A program made the translations under genes and the position numbers. DNA of 63,974 nt, filler included, from an uncultured Myxococcia bacterium (GTDB taxonomy: Bacteria > CAZTWC01): assembly GCA_964617105.1 (NCBI GenBank). It is 3 parts of 3 records of this genome, joined end to end, with 100 filler letters (N's around TTAATTAATTAA, not from the genome) between each part and the next. Parts side by side here need not be neighbours in the genome. Positions count along the whole stretch, not along the records: positions 1 to 22,721 come from CAZTWC010000026.1; 2 more parts are not named here. One strand, given 5' to 3'. Every line of letters begins with the position of its first letter. Within the stretch, counting starts at the first letter, position 1. Positions 8,974 to 17,358 of the stretch are shown here, piece by piece. The notes under the pieces were generated by a model. That model searched no databases. It was not told the DNA's origin and saw only the letters and a list, made by a program, of their open reading frames with translations.

Positions 8974-10267
8974 GAGTGCTATCCTTAAAAGTTACTGGCA
9001 AGGTGATGGTAATCAAAGAACCGCAGTTCTCACCTTCGCTTTCCAATTTTATTTTACCCCCCAGGTATTGGATAAAATTGGCGGCAAAGTGGAGACCAAA
9101 ACCAGACCCTCTTTTTTTGGTAGAAAAACCGAATTTAAAAAGTTGCTCCTTATTTTTACTGTTCACTCCGCAACCATTATCTTTAATCATCAAGTCAAAA
9201 TAGTGGTCATCTATCTTTTGGGCGCTAATCTCTATTCTTCCCTCTCGACCTTCTCCTGAGAAACGCTGCAGAATGGCTTCCTGACTGTTTTTTAGGAAAT
9301 TAAGCATCATCTGGATCAACTGATTGCGTGGTAGAATTACCCTGCCGACCCGATTCAAGTTTTTGGTGTTGATTTGTATCCCCAGGGACTGGTTGACATC
9401 AAATTGTATGGATAAAGAGTTGTCTATCGCCTCGGAAAGGTAGATCTCTTCAGCCATGATCTTTTTAAGTCCCATGTTTTGTTGGATTTTGATACTCTCA
9501 CTTATATGCTCCATCCCCTTTTGTATTTCCATGGTATTGGCTGCCAGTTTTTCGATGGTGATGGAGCGGATGGTTTTTTGGGTGGTATCGATTATTTCTA
9601 TAAGTTTTTCCTGAGCCTCATTTGCGGTCACCTGTTTTAGCAGGTCCGCCACTTTGAGTAATTCCAGACTGTTTTGATGTGCCATGAAAGCCTGGTGATT
9701 GACGGCATTGACCGCATTGCCGATATTATGCAGCACGTTGATGCCCATGGATACCAATCCGGACTGGAAAGCGGCCTGGTTGGACATACGATGCAATTCT
9801 GATTCGATTCGATTTTGTTCGGTTATATCATCGAACACCACCAGCACGTCTTGATTTCTTGATTTTTTATCGAAAAAAGGGGTGCGGCTTACCGAAACAG
9901 TCATACTCTCCCCTTTTCGAGAATGGCATTTAGCGTTTACCCACCAGAAATATTGGTTGGATACCAGGGCGGTTTTAATATTATCGGGAAAATGTAAATC
10001 CTGTAGTAGGGAATCCATGGACCGGCCCAGTACCTGTTTTTGGGAGGAGAATTGAAACATCTCCAGAAAAAAACGGTTGACCTGTACTATTATATTATTA
10101 TGCATGGAGATAAGAGCCACCGGAACAGCCGACAGGATTTTTTCGGTAATGGTTATTTTCTCTAAGAGTTCTTTTGCAACTTTGGCTTTGTTGGCGGTTT
10201 CTTCCTCTAACTTGCGGGTCAAAGATGCACAATTGGAACAGGTTTTAGTTTTTTGGGCTCCAGTCAT
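8966..10267 (-). CDS. Cytoplasmic PAS-domain histidine kinase
   Basis: PAS region ending in DITEQ, H-box VLHNIGNAVN, N-box NFLKNSQEA, DNGCG, FGFSTKKRGSGFGLH. No TM segment. Confidence 0.88.
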   Translation of the reverse strand: MTGAQKTKTCSNCASLTRKLEEETANKAKVAKELLEKITITEKILSAVPVALISMHNNIIVQVNRFFLEMFQFSSQKQVLGRSMDSLLQDLHFPDNIKTALVSNQYFWWVNAKCHSRKGESMTVSVSRTPFFDKKSRNQDVLVVFDDITEQNRIESELHRMSNQAAFQSGLVSMGINVLHNIGNAVNAVNHQAFMAHQNSLELLKVADLLKQVTANEAQEKLIEIIDTTQKTIRSITIEKLAANTMEIQKGMEHISESIKIQQNMGLKKIMAEEIYLSEAIDNSLSIQFDVNQSLGIQINTKNLNRVGRVILPRNQLIQMMLNFLKNSQEAILQRFSGEGREGRIEISAQKIDDHYFDLMIKDNGCGVNSKNKEQLFKFGFSTKKRGSGFGLHFAANFIQYLGGKIKLESEGENCGSLITITLPVTFKDSTHG

Positions 10268-11502
10268 TTTACCCTCTGCTTTTGGCTTTTATTGAATATT
10301 TTCCAATTGAGTAAGATATTGAAGGCTGAATGGAGTTGATTGTCTTTTTCCAATAGATTTTTGATTTTGGGTTCTAATTTTATTTTCTGGCCGCCAGTCG
10401 GTTTTTCTCCCTTTTTGAACTCAATATCGGGCACTATTCCCATCCCCTGGATAGAGCGGTGGTTGGGCGTGTAATATTTGGCTATGGTCAACTTCAGGCC
10501 AGAGCCGTCATCCAGTTCTATTAGAGTTTGTACTGATCCTTTGCCAAAACTTTTATGGCCTAAGATCAATCCCCGTTGGTGATCCTGGATAGCGCCGGCT
10601 ACAATTTCCGCTGCTGAGGCACTGCCTGAATTGATCAATATCACCAGCGGATAAGGGGGCTGGGTTCCCTTTTGAATGGCATGTTCTTTTTCTATATAAC
10701 GTTCGTTACGTCCTTTAGTGGTAACAATGATCCCTTTTTCCAGGAATTTGTCAGCCACTTTAACTGCCTGTTCCAACAGGCCGCCAGGGTTGTTGCGCAT
10801 GTCTAAAATAATGCCGCTGAGAGCCTTTTTTTCTTGGAGTTTATCCAGGGCCTTTTGGAGGTATATATCGGTCCGGTCCTGAAAGTTTTTTACTCTAATA
10901 TACCCGTATCCAGAGGTCAATTCCTGCCAGGTTACTGAAACAATTTTAATAAAATCTCTAATCATGACAAATTCTTTTGGAGTTTTAAAATCAGGACGAA
11001 ATATGGTCAGGTTCACAGCAGAGCCTTTTTGCCCCCGCATTTTATAAACCGCCTCTAAAAGGGTCATGGTTTTGGTTTCTTGGCCATCTATTTTTACAAT
11101 AATATCTCCCGGTTTGATTCCGGCTCGAAAAGCAGGTGTGTCTTCAATAGGAGAGATTACCATAAGTTTTTTATCCTTGATGGTGATCTCTATGCCCAGG
11201 CCGCCGAATTCGCCGCTGGTTTCCTCCTGCATCTCTTTGTATTGTGCTGGCGGCATAAAAATAGAATACGGGTCCAAAGAGGCCAGCATCCCCTTGATAG
11301 CGCCGTAAATTAGTTCAGACTGGTTGATATCTTCTACATAGTTTTTTTCAATATAGGTCATGGCTTTGGTGAAAATATCCAATTTGAGATATTGGTTTTT
11401 TTCGGCCAAAGCCTCAAAAACTGAGCCGGTCAGCATCCCAGTAGAGAAGGTGAAAAATAGCAGCAGAATTAGAAGGGCTTTCCTGGTGATGAACTTGTAC
11501 AT
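10264..11502 (-). CDS. ctpA: S41A carboxyl-terminal protease
   Basis: LDPYS, GEFGGLGIEI (PDZ), LDMRNNPGGLL, GSASAAEIVAGAIQD, SFGKGSVQ, KLTIAKYYTP. Start placed at MYKF, before the signal/TM segment. Confidence 0.93.
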   Translation of the reverse strand: MYKFITRKALLILLLFFTFSTGMLTGSVFEALAEKNQYLKLDIFTKAMTYIEKNYVEDINQSELIYGAIKGMLASLDPYSIFMPPAQYKEMQEETSGEFGGLGIEITIKDKKLMVISPIEDTPAFRAGIKPGDIIVKIDGQETKTMTLLEAVYKMRGQKGSAVNLTIFRPDFKTPKEFVMIRDFIKIVSVTWQELTSGYGYIRVKNFQDRTDIYLQKALDKLQEKKALSGIILDMRNNPGGLLEQAVKVADKFLEKGIIVTTKGRNERYIEKEHAIQKGTQPPYPLVILINSGSASAAEIVAGAIQDHQRGLILGHKSFGKGSVQTLIELDDGSGLKLTIAKYYTPNHRSIQGMGIVPDIEFKKGEKPTGGQKIKLEPKIKNLLEKDNQLHSAFNILLNWKIFNKSQKQRVK

Positions 11503-11630
11503 TAGATAATCTTTCGAGATATTCTTTTCGTTCTTAATCAGCAAGCAATAAAGTTGGCATATCCTATCAATTGGATTAAAAAAAAACAACTAAATATCGA
11601 TTGAAGAAGTTGATTCCGGGATGGGAACTG

Positions 11631-12767
11631 TTACCTACTGAACCAGGGGAGTGGATCAACGGGGAGTAAATTTTCACGGAATTCAAAGTAGATACGAGAA
11701 GGTACGCCATTTTTTTCTTTAACGGAGAACCCAATGGATTCTCCGGTTTCTACCCTGTCACCCCGCCTCTTTTGGAAACCGGAGAGCATAGCGTAGATGG
11801 AATAGTATTTTTGACCGTGATCGATAATTATCATTTTGTCGAGCAGGGAAAATTTGTCAGCAAATACTATCTTTCCCTCATAAATAGCCTTTACCGGTTG
11901 GGCTCCGGTGAAATGGATAAAAATACCAACCTGGGGGTTTTCTGCTTCTATTTCGTTATCCGGAGTTACACCCATAGCGTTATATTCATAGGTGATGCTG
12001 GTTTCCCCTTCCACCGGCAGGGTCAAGCGGCCATGCCAGTTTTTGATGGATGATTTAGGCTTCATCTCTATTTTCTGCTGCCTCGATTTAGAGGGGGTCA
12101 GTTTTTTTTGAATTTCATCCAACCGGTTTCTGGTCAGTTTTTCCCGGACTTTTATTTTAACCAATTGCCGGTTTTTAGATGCTTTTTTGTATTCCATCTT
12201 TCCGGTAAGTTGCAGTAATTTATTACGTAACCTGTTCAAATGCAATTGTTGAGAGAATAGGGATTTTTCTTTACTTTGAAATTCGCGTAACTTTCTTTCG
12301 ATTTTTAGGGAAAAGCGCTTATCCAGTTGGATAAATTTCTTCAGGTAAACCCGGCTCAGATAACTATCCGATGGTTGTTTGCCAGCCAGGGCCAGGTAGT
12401 GATCCGCCTGCAAATTGAAAAGAAGAGAAAGTTTAAACATATTGTTCAGACCTATTTTCCTGACTTTCTGTTTCTTACGTTCCTGGCGCCACAGGGCGGT
12501 GTTTTCCTCCAGAGATCGGGATATATCTTCCAGATTGCTGTCCAGTTTCCCCGCCTGGTCCCGCAAGGTATTAAGCACATTTTCCAAATTCTGAAGATTT
12601 TGCTGGATAATCAATTTGTGTTGAAACAGGCTGCGTAGAAGCGATGTTGTACTGGTGGTCTGCTGTTCAACCGTTTTCTCATCCATGGCTAAAGCAAAAC
12701 TGGCTAAAAGCAGGATTAAAGAAAAAAGGGAAAAAAAGTTTAAGGGTGTAGACTTAAAAATAGGCAT
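11631..12767 (-). CDS. envC: Murein hydrolase activator EnvC-like protein (coiled coil + degenerate M23 domain)
   Basis: Signal peptide, long coiled coil, LTLPVEG, VKAIYEGKIVFAD, IIIDHG, YFEFR..PVDPLPW. Position in ftsE-ftsX-envC-ctpA. Confidence 0.82.
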   Translation of the reverse strand: MPIFKSTPLNFFSLFSLILLLASFALAMDEKTVEQQTTSTTSLLRSLFQHKLIIQQNLQNLENVLNTLRDQAGKLDSNLEDISRSLEENTALWRQERKKQKVRKIGLNNMFKLSLLFNLQADHYLALAGKQPSDSYLSRVYLKKFIQLDKRFSLKIERKLREFQSKEKSLFSQQLHLNRLRNKLLQLTGKMEYKKASKNRQLVKIKVREKLTRNRLDEIQKKLTPSKSRQQKIEMKPKSSIKNWHGRLTLPVEGETSITYEYNAMGVTPDNEIEAENPQVGIFIHFTGAQPVKAIYEGKIVFADKFSLLDKMIIIDHGQKYYSIYAMLSGFQKRRGDRVETGESIGFSVKEKNGVPSRIYFEFRENLLPVDPLPWFSR

Positions 12768-12774
12768 ATCAAAT

Positions 12775-13689
12775 TCATTTAAGGTATTGGCGCGTTGCCA
12801 GGTATCCCCCGGTTACTCCGGAGCCCAGCCCCACAACAAGTACGCTAACTATCAGTTCAACCGGTAGAAAGGGGGAGTTCCACAAAAAAGTACCGTATAA
12901 AAACGAATCCCACAGGTGGAGGCCTCCATTTTCCAGCAGCAAATAGTGCACCAGTTTGAGTATCCCCAGGCTAAAGACGGAACTGGCGCTGCCCAGAAAG
13001 AGGCTAAGAAAAATAAAGGGGATTCGGACAAAACTGTGGGTAGCGCCGACCAGGGTCTGGATAGCGATTTTTTCCCCCTGGGTGGATATCATTAGCCCTA
13101 TGGTATTGATAATGATAAAAATTATGGAAAGCACTATCACGCTTCCCAGGGCTAAACCCACCATCTTGATTTGGCCCAGAGTTTGTTGTAATTGTTTTAC
13201 TTCGCTTTCTCCGTAAATAACTTCAGATACGGTTGGTAGTTTCTCTAATGTTCTTATCAGTTTGGATTTGAGATCAGTTCCTTTAGAGTTTTGGTTGAAG
13301 AATATCTCCTTTTTTAAAGTGATTTGAATAGAGGTGGGCAGGTCAAATTGAAGATCTTGCCAAATAGAATCGAGCCCTTTTATTCTTTGGCTCACTATGG
13401 ATTTGGCTTTTGCGCTGGAAATAAATTTGACCTCTTTCACTCCCGCATCGGAATTTAGGAAATTAATCAAGTTTTCTTTTTCCGGTTGAGTAAGATCATC
13501 TTTTAGAAATATAAACAGAGGAGAGTCGGTAAGCAGGGTAGTTATTTTGACTTCCATGGCCTGAAAAACCAGTAGAAAGATCGATAGGATCAACAGGGAT
13601 GTAGCCATAGAAAAAAAAGTCAGGATATTTATCCCCTTTTGACGTTTTATCAGGCGCAAAAAATTTTTAAAGCAGTAGATCAGATACAT
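12775..13689 (-). CDS. ftsX: Cell division ABC permease FtsX
   Basis: Four TM segments, periplasmic domain, INTIGL...IAIQTLVGATHSFVRIPF. Follows ftsE. Confidence 0.88.
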   Translation of the reverse strand: MYLIYCFKNFLRLIKRQKGINILTFFSMATSLLILSIFLLVFQAMEVKITTLLTDSPLFIFLKDDLTQPEKENLINFLNSDAGVKEVKFISSAKAKSIVSQRIKGLDSIWQDLQFDLPTSIQITLKKEIFFNQNSKGTDLKSKLIRTLEKLPTVSEVIYGESEVKQLQQTLGQIKMVGLALGSVIVLSIIFIIINTIGLMISTQGEKIAIQTLVGATHSFVRIPFIFLSLFLGSASSVFSLGILKLVHYLLLENGGLHLWDSFLYGTFLWNSPFLPVELIVSVLVVGLGSGVTGGYLATRQYLK

Positions 13690-13706
13690 GGTTAGGTTTT
13701 TTTGTA

Positions 13707-14402
13707 TTATTCTAATGATTTCCTGTAGTTACCGACCTTTAGCCTGGTGTCTGCCACGATCTTACCCTGTTTAAGGGTGATGGTTCTCTTAGGATACTTT
13801 TCCATTAAATGGCTATCGTGGGTTGCCAGTATAATGGCGCATCCCCGATAGTTGGCCTGGTTGAACAGTTTCATTATTTCATCAGCATTTCCCTGATCCA
13901 GATTTCCGGTGGGTTCGTCAGCCAGGATAATAGCCGGTTCATTGGCCATTGCCCGGGCGATGGCAATCCGTTGCTGCTCCCCTCCCGATAGTTGGGCCGG
14001 AAATTTATTGGCACAATGCCATAGTTTTACTTGCTTAATTACCTCCAGGGCTCTGGCTTTAATCCTGGAAGGAGAATGGCCCAGTACTTCCATTACCAGG
14101 GCTACGTTTTCAAAGACAGTCAGGCTGTCCAGCAATTTGAAATCCTGGAAAACAGAGCCTATATTGCGGCGTAAGTAAGGTAGTGCCGAGGCTTTTAAAT
14201 GGCTGGTATTATTTCCATTGATTAGTATTTGGCCGTTGGAGGGGAATTCCTGGCACAAGATCAATTTAAGCAAGGTGGTTTTTCCCGCTCCGCTTTCACC
14301 GGTGATAAAGATAAATTCCCCTTTTTTTATCTCCAGGTTGATATCGTGTAAGGCGGTGATCTCGCGGCCGTACCTTTTGTGCAAATGGTGACACAGGATC
14401 AT
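13707..14402 (-). CDS. ftsE: Cell division ATP-binding protein FtsE
   Basis: [45 protein letters not shown]. Confidence 0.93.
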   Translation of the reverse strand: MILCHHLHKRYGREITALHDINLEIKKGEFIFITGESGAGKTTLLKLILCQEFPSNGQILINGNNTSHLKASALPYLRRNIGSVFQDFKLLDSLTVFENVALVMEVLGHSPSRIKARALEVIKQVKLWHCANKFPAQLSGGEQQRIAIARAMANEPAIILADEPTGNLDQGNADEIMKLFNQANYRGCAIILATHDSHLMEKYPKRTITLKQGKIVADTRLKVGNYRKSLE

Positions 14403-14899
14403 TTTGAGAGGAATTTTTTGTTGAGGGCCTGCTCCACCGTCCAGGGGACCAGGTTAGACAGAGGACCACGAAACCGGGCTATTTCCTTGATTATGTGCGA
14501 ACTTAGAAAAAAGTAGTCTTCACCGGTCATCATAAAAATCGTTTCCACTTCGGCATTTAAGTTGCGGTTGGTATGGGCCATCTGGAATTCGTATTCAAAG
14601 TCAGATACTGCCCTCAGTCCCCGAAGAACTATCTTGGCATTTTTACTACGGGCATAGTCCATCAAGAGTCCGGAGAAACTGTCCACTTCCACTTGGGGAA
14701 ATTGGGCCAATGCCTCTTTGAGTAAAGCCATCCGCTCCTGGACAGAAAACAGGCATTTTTTTTGGGGATTGTCGGCTACTGCCACGATCATCCGTTTACA
14801 CAACTTTATCCCTCGCTCGACAATATTGATATGACCGTTGGTGATGGGGTCAAAGGAACCTGGATAGATAATAAATTCTTGTTGGTTTTTATCTGTCAT
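14399..14899 (-). CDS. coaD: Phosphopantetheine adenylyltransferase
   Basis: YPGSFDPITNGH, RGLRAVSDFEYEFQMA, LSS..IKE. Confidence 0.96.
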   Translation of the reverse strand: MTDKNQQEFIIYPGSFDPITNGHINIVERGIKLCKRMIVAVADNPQKKCLFSVQERMALLKEALAQFPQVEVDSFSGLLMDYARSKNAKIVLRGLRAVSDFEYEFQMAHTNRNLNAEVETIFMMTGEDYFFLSSHIIKEIARFRGPLSNLVPWTVEQALNKKFLSK

Positions 14900-14930
14900 A
14901 TAATTTTACCTCCGAAAGGGTGGCGCCCAA

Positions 14931-15476
14931 TCACCGTTTAATAATAGTAAGAGCAGTGGAGCCGTAAGTTTTTACCCTCTTTTGCCAACCTGACGGAAGA
15001 GGGATAGCCATCTCTTTTTGAGCATCATGTTCCGCCACCAGGTAACCATCTATTTTTAATAAATCCAGATTGATAATCTGGGTGATCACCAACTTATATA
15101 TATCTGCCCGGTAAGGGGGATCGAGAAAAATCAGATCAAAGTTATCCCATTTTTGTAAAAAAGTAAATGATTCCTCGACGGATATCGGTAAAATATGTGC
15201 CTGCTCAGAGAAGTGGCATTTTTGTAAGTTTGCTTTTATTATCTTAGTAGCCCGCCGATTTTTTTCTACAAATATTGCCCTGCTTATACCACGGCTGATG
15301 GCCTCGATACCTAAAGCACCGCTACCGGCAAAAAGATCTGCCGCCTGTCCACCCTGCCAGAAGGAACCTAATATGTTGAATAAGCTCTCTTTGACCCGAT
15401 CAGAGGTAGGACGTACCACCATCCCTTCCAGATTTTTTAATTTTATGCCTTTGGCGGTTCCGGCTATTACTCTCAT
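14931..15476 (-). CDS. rsmD: 16S rRNA m2G966 methyltransferase
   Basis: MRVIAG.AKG, RPTSDRVKESLFN, DLFAGSGALGIEA.SRG, DPPY. Canonical rsmD-coaD pair. Confidence 0.95.
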   Translation of the reverse strand: MRVIAGTAKGIKLKNLEGMVVRPTSDRVKESLFNILGSFWQGGQAADLFAGSGALGIEAISRGISRAIFVEKNRRATKIIKANLQKCHFSEQAHILPISVEESFTFLQKWDNFDLIFLDPPYRADIYKLVITQIINLDLLKIDGYLVAEHDAQKEMAIPLPSGWQKRVKTYGSTALTIIKR

Positions 15477-15498
15477 TATTTCATTATCTCATTGTTTT

Positions 15499-17136
15499 TT
15501 AGAGGTCACAGTGAGGTACCCTGATGGAACCCACTCGTTTTACCAATTGGACGTAGAGTGCTTTGGCTTGCTCCGGTTTGTCCAGGCTTTGATAGAAAAG
15601 TGAACGCACATAGTCTTTGTTGACTCGGTTTCTGATCATGGCGTAATAGAGTTTTGATCCCATGAGATAGCCCAGAGCGTGAGTCAAGGCCATGATTATA
15701 TCTGGTCTTCTTTTGTTAATATTTTTAATGCCCAGGTCATAACCTTTGGTGCGTTCTTGCTTTTTGTGTGAGATAACCAGTTTGGCCACTACATAATCGT
15801 CCCGTCCATACTCGGTATAGTCGTTTTCTTCAAAATCGCGGATAATTCGCCGGAAGGTGATCTCCACCGGACACTTGCGACGGTGGTTTATCACTTTTGA
15901 GCCACAAAAACCCAGGGTTTCAAAGATGATGTGAAAGTAAAAATAGTCTTCCGGCGGTAGTTGGTAGTTCAGATTTTTACCGCTTAGTTTATGGGCGCAG
16001 TAGTGGATAAAATGGGTAGCCTCTTCACCGGCATGGTTCAAAGATAGGGTGGCTAAATATACGGTGTTGGCGTTGGGTATAAAATAACTTTCACAGTTCA
16101 AAATTTGGGATTTTACCTGGGCTAACTGCTTTTTACTAAAGTTGTGATATTGCTGTAAATGACTAAGCAGAGAGATATCTGCGCCGGCAAATACATCTAT
16201 CCATTCCAGTTCGTCCTGAATATTGATTTGAAAAAAGTCTACCAGGATCTTTACCGAGCGGCAGAACAACTCCTGGGGAGTCAGATCTTCGCTCCACTCT
16301 TGGTCAGCCTCCAAATAATTGAGGAAACTCTGCAGTTTAATCACTGGTGTGGTATTTAAGATGCAGTAGTTGCCCCCAGCCAGTTTTACTACGTCTACCT
16401 CCTGCTCTTTTCCCCGGGCGGCTAATTTCCAATAGATATCTTCGCTGTTTTGGAAAATGATCAGAGGTTTGGTCTTGATCCCTTTTTTCCGCGCATAGTA
16501 ATTTACTGCAGCCGGAAGGTGTTCAGGGCCGATGTGAAGATCACCAATAAAGACCACCACCAGAACTCCGGGGTTGTCGGCCAGAATATCGGTAATAATC
16601 TGAGCCGAGTGGATTTCCCTCTTGCGGATAGACTTGTTTGGGCTGTCAATGGCTCGAATTTTTATATTTCGACTTTTAGCCAGGTCGAAAATGGGTTTAA
16701 AATTGTTCCAGTTGTCAAATCCCCAATTTTGTTTATATTTTATCCTTTGTAGAAAGGTATTATCTTGTATTTTACCTTCCATATAGCGGTTTAAAGCGTC
16801 CTGGTATTGGGAATGGACAAATTCCATGCACAGAAAAATGTTTTTGCGGCGGCCGGAGATCATTTGGAGTAATTTTATCATCATTTTTTGTGACTGGCGC
16901 GAGGTATGGTAATCCCCTAAAAAGACCAGGTTGCTTTGGTTTATAGCGGTTTTAACCTCCTCCATAGAACTCAGGGCCGTATATTTGGAAACCACCTGGT
17001 TATATCTTTTTTCAAATTGGTATAATTCCGGATCATTTGATAGGGTGGCCGCCTCGATCCGTTTTTTTTGCCGCCAGTAAATCTCTTTTTGCAGGCCTAT
17101 GATCTCTTTTCTGGTGGAGTTTGAACTATTAGCCAT
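15499..17136 (-). CDS. ChaN/EreA-like domain protein with C-terminal extension, function unknown
   Basis: VFLGDYH, LCMEFV...Q..L..Y..G.I....FL, WGF....FKPIF, IGDLH resemble the ChaN fold. No signal peptide. Confidence 0.6.
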   Translation of the reverse strand: MANSSNSTRKEIIGLQKEIYWRQKKRIEAATLSNDPELYQFEKRYNQVVSKYTALSSMEEVKTAINQSNLVFLGDYHTSRQSQKMMIKLLQMISGRRKNIFLCMEFVHSQYQDALNRYMEGKIQDNTFLQRIKYKQNWGFDNWNNFKPIFDLAKSRNIKIRAIDSPNKSIRKREIHSAQIITDILADNPGVLVVVFIGDLHIGPEHLPAAVNYYARKKGIKTKPLIIFQNSEDIYWKLAARGKEQEVDVVKLAGGNYCILNTTPVIKLQSFLNYLEADQEWSEDLTPQELFCRSVKILVDFFQINIQDELEWIDVFAGADISLLSHLQQYHNFSKKQLAQVKSQILNCESYFIPNANTVYLATLSLNHAGEEATHFIHYCAHKLSGKNLNYQLPPEDYFYFHIIFETLGFCGSKVINHRRKCPVEITFRRIIRDFEENDYTEYGRDDYVVAKLVISHKKQERTKGYDLGIKNINKRRPDIIMALTHALGYLMGSKLYYAMIRNRVNKDYVRSLFYQSLDKPEQAKALYVQLVKRVGSIRVPHCDL

Positions 17137-17358
17137 TCATTTCTCTCCCATCAACTCAGGCCACATTTTCGTAGTCCTTCAAAGTATAACCTAAAATCAG
17201 CAACAAACTCTAATTCCGAGGTGGTTGCTGGTTTCTGGATTCAATTATTGTATTACATGAGTTGATTATGTCCAGAAAATTCCTTGCGATGGGATATAGA
17301 TTGGGGTATATTTCACTTTTCTCCAGTCCATTCATAAATTTATTCGATGGTGGTTTAC

